Source: an uncultured Bacilli bacterium
Lineage (GTDB): Bacteria; Bacillota_I; Bacilli_A; RF39; UBA660
Length of the DNA: 64,000 nucleotides
Assembly (NCBI GenBank): GCA_944350445.1
Contig: CALVOW010000001.1
Coordinates: 31,863 to 95,862, forward strand
Direction: 5' to 3'
Shown piece by piece: positions 31,401 through 40,475 of the stretch; within the stretch, counting starts at the first letter, position 1, and each line of letters starts with the position of its first letter. The notes beneath the pieces are model-generated. The model was not told where the DNA came from and did not search any database. It saw only the letters and a list, made by a program, of their open reading frames with translations. Position numbers and translations under genes: made by a program.

Positions 31401-31719
31401 AATAAGTATTTTCATCAACAGGATTAACCCCTAAATAAACAAGAGCCATCTTAGCATCTATTACTCTGGTTGTATTATTTTTTCTTTCTAAAATAACTAA
31501 ATTATCATTATCCGTTTTAGCCATCTCAGCCTTAGCTGTTTGATAATCATCAAAACATTTAACACTAGTTAACGATTTATCACTATTAGCAATAGCAAGT
31601 TCTATATTACTACATACATTTCTTTTAGAAATCTCACTACTTGTTAACCCAGAAACATTACTAATGATAAAGAAGAAAAGAATATAAAAACATAATAAAT
31701 ATTTTTTCAAATTTACCAC
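28459..31719 (-). CDS. Large secreted cell-wall hydrolase with a GH73 N-acetylglucosaminidase domain, SH3b-like domains, a DUF5011 Ig-like domain and two C-terminal ~100-aa repeats
   Basis: GH73 motifs ESSLGQSSIA…NNLFGHTAYD and YASDPLWGEKA. SH3b-like WYKIASD. DUF5011-like VTAYDQEDGNLTSDIKI…GKYEVTYEVSDSKG. Signal peptide present. Confidence 0.55.
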   Translation of the reverse strand: MVNLKKYLLCFYILFFFIISNVSGLTSSEISKRNVCSNIELAIANSDKSLTSVKCFDDYQTAKAEMAKTDNDNLVILERKNNTTRVIDAKMALVYLGVNPVDENTYYYSDSSFKTNIAYMNHHNSYGATDGVFLELNYSNYGIKVKTNGVTGWIKDGNYVIVPLNFTGSYSYYQVTDKSLWHYYSKDIQTLYSQFGRELDDKPSFLPEGRYYSHDGIYFYKYASDMIKDYMNDTYENSVNYNNPYYNYYMYLPHRARSNYSADDIDAYLKNNRNLIGTIYGKKYVAGYSNMYQTGIFFKSSETLYGANAILMMALATNESSLGQSSIAINKNNLFGHTAYDSSAYDSATGYLNPYQSIIGHANNYINCSYANPNDYRYYGSNVGNKSSGMNIKYASDPLWGEKAANYYYLFDRDNGYLDYNYYQLGITNIDSINTRTEPNMISAIPYQLKYENIPVIILGEVEGDSYNGSTKWYKIASDPNLVSGRTRIQSCSFSNYYNWDSYVYVHSSFIDKINKSKNGEYNTNNFSNIEKNYTYKEYATNATYEPKVGLITKDTSVYDTATLSVLSGKTIKKGHLTTVFMEAKDDDGKVVAYMVTVDYSKNQKGWIKASDLSFSNKDILKVNLLNSGDYLNVFTSPGGSVLGSLYTDTYTVIVDKMTYNNDLWIKIHYGVDNTYAWLNTNISTSKGTLSYTLDKLNQVPSITASNKTLYLYENFDPKEGVTAYDQEDGNLTSDIKITKNNVNTSKAGKYEVTYEVSDSKGEKVSKTITVTVSNYQEGNPLFMYESLEQVSDTKFLFKGFLGVKKMDNKNVIHELTFYNQETEETYTFTMDEYLDYPYEMSSLDDDKAYDYSGGWFMGEVDLSSTNIKQGDYTISITAYNTDTGYMTSTYFTNIAYQEMPRRVETKTRGFSFDVDYSYAGSPILLTIRDNGLLSYDIPPSMDPMYNFFNELSLSGNTLKIKGTSHNAFVSYSKSDTVKRELIFENTKTFERYTYDISYIDNGDYQVVLPVDDKLDKTRAWFQKEIDLTNLKTGNYAIYIKTTSNDKTYYGELIDIAYTDFSTINTDNYEFIRVDEKRLRLELTKK

Positions 31720-31823
31720 CTCTATTATAGTAATTATATCAAAATTAAAAAAGATAGTAAAATCCCATAATCAATATTTTGTAAAAAAACGTCAAAAAAA
31801 GTTGATTTTTGTAATCAACTAAA

Positions 31824-32324
31824 CTAGTTTACCAAATATTTTTTAACCAAAAAACAAGAAAATAAAAAAATACTAAAAATTAAAAAATAACTAACTGTTT
31901 TTAAATAAGTAAAAAAATTAAATAATTCATTATTAGGAAAGAAAAAATAAATTAAAAAATAATTAACACTTCTTATCACAAATATAAATAATAATAAAAT
32001 AATTAATTTATTTATATTTCTTTTTAAGTGATTAATTCTTAAAAAGATAAATTCAAATGAATTATTATATTCATAAATAAAAAAGGTATAAACAATATAA
32101 ATTGTTAAAACGATATTAAAAATTAAAAATAATTTTTCTAAAATACCTAACTCACTAAAGGGAACAAGCGACAATAGCATTAATATTGTTTCTTTTTGAA
32201 TATTAGCATCAGGAGTTGATGTTACTATATATATTTCAATTAGCATGAAGAATAAATAAATAATAAACCATTTTAAATATTTTTTAAAAAACAAATTTCT
32301 TAAAATAGAAAACTGATACTTCAT
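31824..32324 (-). CDS. Hypothetical polytopic membrane protein (ABC locus)
   Basis: 4-5 TM segments. Overlaps the upstream permease gene by 4 nt. Confidence 0.3.
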   Translation of the reverse strand: MKYQFSILRNLFFKKYLKWFIIYLFFMLIEIYIVTSTPDANIQKETILMLLSLVPFSELGILEKLFLIFNIVLTIYIVYTFFIYEYNNSFEFIFLRINHLKRNINKLIILLLFIFVIRSVNYFLIYFFFPNNELFNFFTYLKTVSYFLIFSIFLFSCFLVKKYLVN

Positions 32325-33094
32325 AATATATTCTCCTTTTTATTCATTAATATATATTTTAAAAGAAACATAATTCCTATTAAGATATAAAATTGCAAAA
32401 AACTAGCTGTAATTTCTAAGAAAAAATTAGAATAATTTACAAACTGAAAGTAATTTGTTAAAAGTAAAGGTATCTCAAATAAACTATTTACTGTCTTGGT
32501 ATATATATCAAGACTAAAACTAAAAATAACCAATAATAATACTATATAAGCTAATATTTTACCACCTATTTGATAAAGAAAATATATTAAAATAATAATT
32601 AAAGATAAAAATAAATAAAAACGCAAGTAATAAAAAAGCAAATAAACTATAATTGGCATTTCATATATTTTAATATCTAAAAAATTAAAATCCCAACCAC
32701 GAAATATAATATGTAATAATATTTCAAAGAAAAGACTAAAAATAAATACTAAAAAAATAATAATTAATATTTTTTTTATTTGATCTTTTAAATAATTTTT
32801 ATAACCTGCATATCTTATCAAAAAATTACTATTTTTAGTAGCCTCAGCCATACAAATAACATTATAAGAAATAATTGCGATTAAAAAAATAATATGAACA
32901 TGATTAATTCCTAGTTCAAATAAACTATTCCAAATATTAGGTGATGACGTTGAATAAACGTTGGGAATTACACTTAAAAAAGTTAAGAAAATTACTATCC
33001 CTATTCTTTTAAAACCAACGAAATTTCCTATATCATTTATTTGCCCTTTTAGATTTTTTAATTTATTCTTCATCTTTGACAACACCATTATCAA
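32321..33094 (-). CDS. ABC-2-type permease-like membrane protein
   Basis: 6-TM protein immediately downstream of, and overlapping, the ABC ATPase gene. Confidence 0.4.
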   Translation of the reverse strand: MIMVLSKMKNKLKNLKGQINDIGNFVGFKRIGIVIFLTFLSVIPNVYSTSSPNIWNSLFELGINHVHIIFLIAIISYNVICMAEATKNSNFLIRYAGYKNYLKDQIKKILIIIFLVFIFSLFFEILLHIIFRGWDFNFLDIKIYEMPIIVYLLFYYLRFYLFLSLIIILIYFLYQIGGKILAYIVLLLVIFSFSLDIYTKTVNSLFEIPLLLTNYFQFVNYSNFFLEITASFLQFYILIGIMFLLKYILMNKKENIL

Positions 33095-33695
33095 AAAAAT
33101 AAATTTTATCGCATAAGAGTTCTAAATCTTCTTTTTGATGACTAGTAATTATAATTATTTTCTCTTTTTTTATCTCTTTTAAATAGTCTTTTAATTTTAA
33201 AACCGTATTTTCTTCTAAGCCATTAAACACCTCATCAAGAATTAAAATTTCGGGATTTTCCATAAAAACTTGAGCTATTCCTAACTTTTGTTTCATTCCA
33301 AGGGAGTATTTATTATATTTTTTATCTTTTTCCGAAATTAAATTTACTAATTCTAAAGCTTCAAGAATTTCTTTATCGGAAATTTTTCCTTGAATTTTTG
33401 CTAATAATTTTAAATTTTCATAGCCTGTCATATTAGCAAAAAAGGTCGGATTTTCAATTAAAGCTCGCATATTAGGCGGATATTCTTTTTTGGGATTAAA
33501 TTTTTTATTATCAAATAAAACTTCGCCTTCACTGGGTATATATAAACCAGCTAAAATCTTTAAAAAGACACTTTTGCCACTGCCATTTCGTCCTTTAAGA
33601 CCATAAATATGGCCAGTTGTAAAAGTTAAATTTACTTTATCTAACACTAAATTATTTTTAAATTTTTTACTAACATTTTTAATTTCTATTTTCAT
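33063..33695 (-). CDS. ABC transporter ATP-binding protein (short, ABC-2/immunity type)
   Basis: Walker A (GRNGSGKS), signature (LSLGMKQK) and Walker B (ILILDE). Confidence 0.75.
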   Translation of the reverse strand: MKIEIKNVSKKFKNNLVLDKVNLTFTTGHIYGLKGRNGSGKSVFLKILAGLYIPSEGEVLFDNKKFNPKKEYPPNMRALIENPTFFANMTGYENLKLLAKIQGKISDKEILEALELVNLISEKDKKYNKYSLGMKQKLGIAQVFMENPEILILDEVFNGLEENTVLKLKDYLKEIKKEKIIIITSHQKEDLELLCDKIYFFDNGVVKDEE

Positions 33696-33703
33696 ACTTT
33701 CTC

Positions 33704-34642
33704 CTACTTATTTTTCTCACAATCAATTACTAATTTCTCTTTATTTCGATAACTAAAATAAACGAATACAAAAGATATTAGTAAGAATATTAAATTAACT
33801 AAAAAGAACATAGCTACATTAGAATTAATTCCAATGTAAAAATCTGGCATATTTACAAAATTAAAGAAATGACCTAAAAGATTTACTTTTTCAAATTCAT
33901 ATAATAAATTATTAAAAATAAATTTAATCACAACTAATTCTAAAAATAATTGAATAGCAAGGATTACTAATATAATTTCAATTAAAGCAAGAAAATAATT
34001 ATGTTGCCGTCTTACAATAACTAAGGCAATATTTAAACAAATACTAGAAAAAATAATGGTATTAATAATAAATAAAATCATAAAGATATAGGGATGATTA
34101 ATAATAAACGAACCAAAATGCACATCAAAAGCATAAAGAGGCTTAACTGGGTCAAGACTTGCATTATAAAGGGAAAATAAAAACATGATAATAGCAAGCA
34201 ATGGATAAAACCATATATAACGATAACTTTTACAAAATAATTTTTTTAAAAACTTTGAGTAATTTTCTCTTTCTAACATATAAAGGGCTACTTTATCTTT
34301 AAATATCCGTGTTACGCCAATTAAAGAAATAGCAATAAAAAAATAAGCTAATAAATCTTTCGAACTCCAAATTCCGTCAGAAATAGATGTAAAGTTATCG
34401 AAAAAATTATATTCTTTTTGATAAGTATCAAAAAAGTCTTCAGCTAAAAATCTTTCACATCTAGCAATCTCACCAGCATCAGTTAAAGTATCCATTGTCT
34501 CTAAGCATTCTTTTTGAATCTCGCTAGCATACTCATATCCTTTTTGATGTAAATTATATTTTTCTTGCCAAATATTAAAACACTGAATAGTAAAAATGAT
34601 AATAAATAATATAATTAAAAAATTATTTTTTAAAAACTTCAT
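33704..34642 (-). CDS. Hypothetical membrane protein with an extracytoplasmic N-terminal domain (ABC locus)
   Basis: N-terminal TM, an ~80-aa Cys-containing loop, then multiple TM segments. Confidence 0.3.
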   Translation of the reverse strand: MKFLKNNFLIILFIIIFTIQCFNIWQEKYNLHQKGYEYASEIQKECLETMDTLTDAGEIARCERFLAEDFFDTYQKEYNFFDNFTSISDGIWSSKDLLAYFFIAISLIGVTRIFKDKVALYMLERENYSKFLKKLFCKSYRYIWFYPLLAIIMFLFSLYNASLDPVKPLYAFDVHFGSFIINHPYIFMILFIINTIIFSSICLNIALVIVRRQHNYFLALIEIILVILAIQLFLELVVIKFIFNNLLYEFEKVNLLGHFFNFVNMPDFYIGINSNVAMFFLVNLIFLLISFVFVYFSYRNKEKLVIDCEKNK

Positions 34643-34686
34643 ACTCCTCCTAATAAAAAGTAAAGAGAATTGGAAATATTATATCT

Positions 34687-35127
34687 TTAACTAAATGGAT
34701 AAGTTTCTGTTGCCGGACTAATAGCCCATGTCGATTCAATATCAGTTTTTAACAATGTGAAGTCAGTTCTTTTTACAGAAAGTGTATAATCATAATTAGG
34801 TTCATTAATTAAAGAGTTAGTAAACCATTTTCTAGTATTCATCTTCATATCCTTAAATATTTCACTACCAAGGCCACCAGTAAGTACTACTTGAAATCTA
34901 CACTCCAAACATGGATCTGTCATCGCTGTTTTGGCAGAATTTAAAAAATAGTATTGATGAAATGTATTAGTTTTTCTATATGGACCATAGCTGTAAGCTG
35001 TATTATATTGCATACCTGTTTTGTTAATTACAACTCCACGTGGTGAAGAACTTGCAAATGAATTAGAAGTGCTAAGAACTAATGCAATCGTAAAAATAAA
35101 AAATGAAATAATTAAAATTTTCTTCAT
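34687..35127 (-). CDS. Small secreted protein (146 aa) with a signal peptide and a CLEC Cys pair
   Basis: Signal peptide MKKILIISFFIFTIALVLSTSNSFASS. It is the first gene of the ABC cluster. Confidence 0.35.
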   Translation of the reverse strand: MKKILIISFFIFTIALVLSTSNSFASSSPRGVVINKTGMQYNTAYSYGPYRKTNTFHQYYFLNSAKTAMTDPCLECRFQVVLTGGLGSEIFKDMKMNTRKWFTNSLINEPNYDYTLSVKRTDFTLLKTDIESTWAISPATETYPFS

Positions 35128-35305
35128 ATAAAATACCTCCTATCTAAACTCCAATTCTCTTCAATTTAATTATATAAAAAATTATAAAAGCAAATTGTTT
35201 TTTTATTTTTTAGTTAAAAAAAAGCCATTTTTAGCAAATTTTCGTAATAAATTTTCAAATAATTACCAAAAGATGCTAAAAAACGACACTTTTAATATTT
35301 TGAAA

Positions 35306-36445
35306 TTATAATTTTTCATCTTCTTCAAGCAACATTTCATCTTTTATCTTAACATTCGAGATACTATCAAACTTTTTCTTAATTTTATCAGTTGTAATAC
35401 TAAAAGCTTCAATATCTTTATTAACCGTTAAAACACTTTTAGATAATTTATCAAAACGATCTTTAAAACGTGTAAATTCTATACCTAGTTTATTTAACTC
35501 TTCATGAATAATATTCGTATATTTGTCTCGCTCAATATTTTGAATAATCATCATAATCATCGTTAAAGTGGAAATTAAAGTAGTTGGACTTGTCAACCAA
35601 ACACGTTTTTTATAAGCATATTCAACTAAATCAGGGTGATAGGCATTAATTTCAGCGAATATTGCCTCAGCTGGTATAAACATCATGGCTTGATCACTTG
35701 TAACTTTATCAATTATATATTTATAACTAATATCATCAATATGTTTTTTTACATCTAACTTAAATTGTTTAAAAGCTATATTTCTATCCGTATCACTTCG
35801 CTTTTTATCAACCATAATTCGGTAATTTTCAAGAGGAAATTTGGAATCAATGGCAATAGTATTCAAAGGTTCAGGAGCAAATATTACTGAATCAGCAATA
35901 TAGCCATTAGGAAGTTTATATTGGGTTTTATAAAGTAAATCATTTTTCTCACCAAACACATTTTTTAAAATATTATATAAATTTACTTCCCCAAAAATAC
36001 CTCGCGTTTTTTTATCGGTTAAAATATTTTCAAGGGAAATAATATCAACTGATAAATTATCGATTTTCTTTTGGGCTTCATCTATTTTTGATAATCTTTC
36101 TAAAACATTAATAAATGTTTTATTAGTTTTTTCAAAGTTTTCATCAAGTTGCATATTTACTTTATTATTTATTTCATTTAACTTGGTTTCCAATTTATCA
36201 TTTACTTTATCAAAATGATCAGTCATATCTTTAAATAAACTATTCTTTAAATCGGCAAATTCTTTATTTATATTTACTTCAAATCGACCAATTCTCTCTA
36301 AAAAATCTAAGCTATCTTGTCTTGGCTTTTTAAGTCTTATAATAAAAAATAAATTTACAATAAGCAGAATAATAACTATTATTAAAAGAATAATTGTAAT
36401 TTCCATTAAACTTCTCCAATCACAGTTATTATCATTGGTCGACAT
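35306..36445 (-). CDS. rmuC: DNA recombination protein RmuC
   Basis: N-terminal TM, a coiled coil, and the conserved DSKFPLENY motif. Confidence 0.55.
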   Translation of the reverse strand: MSTNDNNCDWRSLMEITIILLIIVIILLIVNLFFIIRLKKPRQDSLDFLERIGRFEVNINKEFADLKNSLFKDMTDHFDKVNDKLETKLNEINNKVNMQLDENFEKTNKTFINVLERLSKIDEAQKKIDNLSVDIISLENILTDKKTRGIFGEVNLYNILKNVFGEKNDLLYKTQYKLPNGYIADSVIFAPEPLNTIAIDSKFPLENYRIMVDKKRSDTDRNIAFKQFKLDVKKHIDDISYKYIIDKVTSDQAMMFIPAEAIFAEINAYHPDLVEYAYKKRVWLTSPTTLISTLTMIMMIIQNIERDKYTNIIHEELNKLGIEFTRFKDRFDKLSKSVLTVNKDIEAFSITTDKIKKKFDSISNVKIKDEMLLEEDEKL

Positions 36446-38052
36446 TCCGTTTGTTCATAAAAATATTTCCCTAAATTACTTCTTATTTCTTGTTTGATTG
36501 TATTATAATCAACAAAACTACCGGAAGTATTATTTTTAATGATACGTTCTGAGATAACACTACTTTCTTTTAAGACATCCATATTATCTTTAACATAAAT
36601 AAATCCCCTTGTTAAAATTTCTGGACCAGCTAGTATTTCTTTGGTTTTTTTATCAAGAGTTGCTGTTACTAAAACAATTCCTGCCTCAGCTAACATTTCC
36701 CGATCTTTTAAAACTAATTCTCCAACATCATTTTGACTTTTTCCATCAATTAAAACTTCATCCGTTTTAAATTTCTCTTGACTATCTTGTAATTTACCAT
36801 TTACAAAAGTTACAATATCACCATTTTGCTTTAATAAAATATTTTCTCTTTTAATTCCAAGTTTGAAAGCTAAATCAGCATTTTTAACTTGATCTTTGTA
36901 ATTTCCCTTTACTGGAAAATAGTATTTGGGATGCATCATATTAATCATTAACATTAAATCTTCTTTAGACGGATGAAATAAAAGATGTTCTTTATTTGAT
37001 AAAGCTATAACATTAATTTTTTTTCTAGCAAATTCATCCATGATCATAACCATTCTTTTTTCAACTCCCATATACATAGGCTCGGTTATAAAAATAGTAT
37101 CATCTGGGGTTAGCGAAATATATTTATCATTTCCCCGTAAAATTCTTTCTAAATTAGCATAAGGTTTGTCTTTTAAATCACTAACTAAAACAACTACTCC
37201 TTTATCATTTAAATTCGAAAGAGTGCCAATTTTCTCTGGATTAATTGTTAAATAATTTAAATTTATGGACATATTAATAATATCTTGAAACATTTTTCCC
37301 ATAATAACAATCTTCCGATTAGTTTTGCTAACTTCATCAAATATTTCTTGAATTCTATAAATATGAGCTGGTAGAACACTCATAATAATTCGATTTTCAT
37401 TATCATGTAAAACATTTCTAATAAAAGAGGAAACTCTATGTTTGGGACTTGTAAAACCATCTCTTTCCGCATACATAGATTCGGTCATTAAACATAAAAC
37501 ATTTTGTTTACCAATATAAGCAAGTCGACCTATATCTGTTGCAAAATGATTAGTCATTGTTGGATCAAAAATAAAATCTCCACCATAAACAATACTTCCA
37601 TCTCTTGTATTTAAAACATATAAAGTACTATCAGGTATTGAATGAGTAACTGGAATTGGAATAATACTACATAATCCAAAGTTTAATTTAACATTTGGTT
37701 TAATTATATTTAAATTTAAAGCTTTAACTTCATCAAGATCTAATTGTAGTTTTAAAGTTTCGATTGTATATTTAAGTCCATAAATAGGAATATCCGGTAA
37801 ATCCATTAAAATATCCGATAAAGCCCCCATATTAGATTCATGACCATGTGATAAAAAGATTCCTTTTATTCTTTTTCTATTTTCTTTTAAATAATCAAAA
37901 TTAGGAATAATATAATCAATTCCTAGTAATCGATCCTTAGGATATTTAAGACCAGCATCAAAAACAAATATATCTTTATCAACAGTTACGATATACATAT
38001 TTTTACCATCTTCATTTAAACCACCTAAGGCAAATATTTTAATTTTTGACAT
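36406..38052 (-). CDS. rnj: Ribonuclease J (metallo-beta-lactamase/beta-CASP)
   Basis: HGHESNMGA (HxHxDH-like) motif and a 548-aa beta-CASP architecture. Confidence 0.7.
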   Translation of the reverse strand: MSKIKIFALGGLNEDGKNMYIVTVDKDIFVFDAGLKYPKDRLLGIDYIIPNFDYLKENRKRIKGIFLSHGHESNMGALSDILMDLPDIPIYGLKYTIETLKLQLDLDEVKALNLNIIKPNVKLNFGLCSIIPIPVTHSIPDSTLYVLNTRDGSIVYGGDFIFDPTMTNHFATDIGRLAYIGKQNVLCLMTESMYAERDGFTSPKHRVSSFIRNVLHDNENRIIMSVLPAHIYRIQEIFDEVSKTNRKIVIMGKMFQDIINMSINLNYLTINPEKIGTLSNLNDKGVVVLVSDLKDKPYANLERILRGNDKYISLTPDDTIFITEPMYMGVEKRMVMIMDEFARKKINVIALSNKEHLLFHPSKEDLMLMINMMHPKYYFPVKGNYKDQVKNADLAFKLGIKRENILLKQNGDIVTFVNGKLQDSQEKFKTDEVLIDGKSQNDVGELVLKDREMLAEAGIVLVTATLDKKTKEILAGPEILTRGFIYVKDNMDVLKESSVISERIIKNNTSGSFVDYNTIKQEIRSNLGKYFYEQTECRPMIITVIGEV

Positions 38053-38080
38053 AAGACCTCCTTTTTATAATAATTTAAAT

Positions 38081-38653
38081 TTATTCTCTTTCTTGACTCG
38101 CCATATAATCTATAAATTCATAATTAGGAAATAAGAGAATAGAATCAGATGCAAATTCTTCTACTTGTTGTTTAATTAAATTACATGTCGTACTTTGAAA
38201 ATTATTAGCTAAAACTCCATAAGAAAATTCTTTTTCACAAATAAATTCTTCGGTTTCTCTATCATATTCACCTTTAAAGATAGCATTAACTGCATCATAA
38301 GAAATTCGATAAGTAAAAATTAAAGAATTATCTCGGTAATCAAAAGTTTCCGTTAAAGAAGAAGTTACACCTTCTTGGTAATCTTCTATATTTCTTGTTA
38401 ATCGAAAAGTAGCTATACTAAATGATTCTTTTGAATAAGTAACGGGAACTTTTAAAGATACATAATAGTCATATTCTTCTTTTTTCAAAGTAGAAATTTG
38501 TTTTTCATATAAATCACCATTATTTGTATACCCTTGTTTTAATAAATAACTAGTAATTCTTTCCTCAATGTTTGGTTTTATAATAATACTTAAAAGAACA
38601 ATAATAGCAATTACAATTAAAAAAACAATAATTAATTTTTTATACTTTTTCAT
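38081..38653 (-). CDS. Hypothetical membrane-anchored protein (last gene of the P3-P4 operon)
   Basis: N-terminal TM. No recognisable domain. Confidence 0.3.
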   Translation of the reverse strand: MKKYKKLIIVFLIVIAIIVLLSIIIKPNIEERITSYLLKQGYTNNGDLYEKQISTLKKEEYDYYVSLKVPVTYSKESFSIATFRLTRNIEDYQEGVTSSLTETFDYRDNSLIFTYRISYDAVNAIFKGEYDRETEEFICEKEFSYGVLANNFQSTTCNLIKQQVEEFASDSILLFPNYEFIDYMASQERE

Positions 38654-38661
38654 ACATTCTC

Positions 38662-39693
38662 CTAATTACTAAGACCATCTATCCTATTTTTAGCACTACT
38701 GGTATAACCAAATGGATCACTAGATGAAGTTGGATGGGTATAGTAAGTATAAACTGCCCCCATTTCATTATAAATAACTGTAACATCTTGAATATAATTA
38801 GAATGATTTTCAAAAGCACTTCTTGATGTATAAGTTTTTCCATTAGTAACAATTTTTTCTAAATCACCGACCCAATCATGTTCATCAACATAAAAAGGTA
38901 AAGTCCTTTGACCATCGATTAAAACTTCCCTGACAGCACTTAAGACATCGCTTTTTAAATTAGTGTTTTTATAAGTTCCTTTATTAGCCGGAGCCCACCA
39001 ACCACAATTCATTACATAATCATAAAGACTACTATTTTTCCATTTGCTTCCTTTAATAATTTCTAATTCATATCTATTAGCCATTAAAGAAGCTTCAGCA
39101 GCTGCTCCAATAGCACTTCCTTGTTCTCTTTGACAAATTTTGGCTAAATCTTCAAGCTCTGAATTGGTTAAATTATACTTTTGTCCAACTGATACTCCCC
39201 CAGTTGAACCACTTCCAGATGATGAACTACCAGAAGAATTACTGGCATTAGCTAGATTATTTTTAACAAGTTCAGCTTGTTCTTGTTTATACTTTTCAGC
39301 TAGTTGCAATAACTCATTTCTTTTTGCGTCTTCGGCTTGTTTTTCTCTTTCTCTTTCTAAATTTTCATAATATTCAATATTAGAAACATTAGCAAGACAA
39401 CTTTGATAATCTAAAGAAGCTGAAAAAGTATTTTCAATAATAGAAACAATAAAATTAACAAGCATAGGTGTTAAAAAAACGATAATAGCAGCAACTATCC
39501 GATTAAAACTATTTTTAAAAATAGTACTTAGAGATTCTCCACTCCCCGCTACCATACCTTTATAAAAATCCATAATAAGCTTTACTATTAATCCAATTGG
39601 AACAGCTATACTTATTACTTGTAAAGCAATTTTAAAATAAAGTAAAATTCTTAAAAAGACAACATTTGTACAAATCATATGACACCCTACCAA
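38662..39693 (-). CDS. Membrane-anchored SleB/CwlJ-like (Hydrolase_2) cell-wall hydrolase (P4). Its N-terminus is homologous to the C-terminal module of P1-P3.
   Basis: N-terminus IAVPIGLIVKLIMDFYKG…FNRIVAAIIVFLTPMLVNFIVSII, a Ser/Gly-rich linker, then ELEDLAKICQREQGSAIGAAAEASLMANR (compare SleB LLARiIyaEargE..Gq.AVaaVvlNR). Confidence 0.45.
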   Translation of the reverse strand: MVGCHMICTNVVFLRILLYFKIALQVISIAVPIGLIVKLIMDFYKGMVAGSGESLSTIFKNSFNRIVAAIIVFLTPMLVNFIVSIIENTFSASLDYQSCLANVSNIEYYENLEREREKQAEDAKRNELLQLAEKYKQEQAELVKNNLANASNSSGSSSSGSGSTGGVSVGQKYNLTNSELEDLAKICQREQGSAIGAAAEASLMANRYELEIIKGSKWKNSSLYDYVMNCGWWAPANKGTYKNTNLKSDVLSAVREVLIDGQRTLPFYVDEHDWVGDLEKIVTNGKTYTSRSAFENHSNYIQDVTVIYNEMGAVYTYYTHPTSSSDPFGYTSSAKNRIDGLSN

Positions 39694-39797
39694 AAAAATT
39701 ATATCATATCTGAATATGAATATATATATTTTTTTAAAAAATAAATGATGTTAAAAAACATCATAAAAATTATTGATTAAAAATTATTAATAAAATA

Positions 39798-40448
39798 CTA
39801 TTCTGTAATATTCTCTGTTGTTTTAAATGTATTTACACAACTTTCAATTTCTTCAGTTCCTAATAAATTAGTAAGAAAAATCAAAATAGTCGGTACTAAA
39901 AAAATTAAAACTGAAGCTATTGCTCTTCTTGAAAAGCGTTTAAAAGCACCACTAAGTCCATCTTTATCATCAGAAAAAACTAACTTAGCAAAATCAAAAG
40001 TTGAGAAAAGAATCAAAGCAATTGGTATTATATAATAAATCATTCGAAAAACATTATTTTTCAATAAATTAATAAGTTGATAACCAAATAAATCTTCACA
40101 ATTGGTAATATCAGTTGCCATATCATCAAATGAAATATTATGAATTTTTGATGATAGAATGTAAACATTTTGAGCTATTTCTTTAGTATCTGAAAAAGTG
40201 TACTCATCATTTATCTTTAAAATATATAATGGATAATTAGAGTCACTACCACTTGCTAAGACACTTTGATAAGTACCTAGATTTTGAATAGTAATGGTTT
40301 CATCATTTGCTTTAACTTCCCAAGTTTCTTTATCAATTATAATTGATCCACTTTCTGATAAATTAAAATAAACGATACTTTCTCCTTCGGCTTTTACATT
40401 TAAAAAGATAAAAAAGAAAGCAAAAACAACAATAATAATTTTTTTCAA
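39798..40448 (-). CDS. Exported protein P3, a short member of the P1/P2 family with the same C-terminal membrane module
   Basis: Signal peptide, then …NYPLYIL…NCEDLFGYQLINLLKNN…IPIALILFSTFDFAKLVFSDDKDG…FLVPTILIFLTNLLG…SC. Confidence 0.45.
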   Translation of the reverse strand: MKKIIIVVFAFFFIFLNVKAEGESIVYFNLSESGSIIIDKETWEVKANDETITIQNLGTYQSVLASGSDSNYPLYILKINDEYTFSDTKEIAQNVYILSSKIHNISFDDMATDITNCEDLFGYQLINLLKNNVFRMIYYIIPIALILFSTFDFAKLVFSDDKDGLSGAFKRFSRRAIASVLIFLVPTILIFLTNLLGTEEIESCVNTFKTTENITE

Positions 40449-40475
40449 ACTACCCCCACCTTACTTCTTTAAAAA

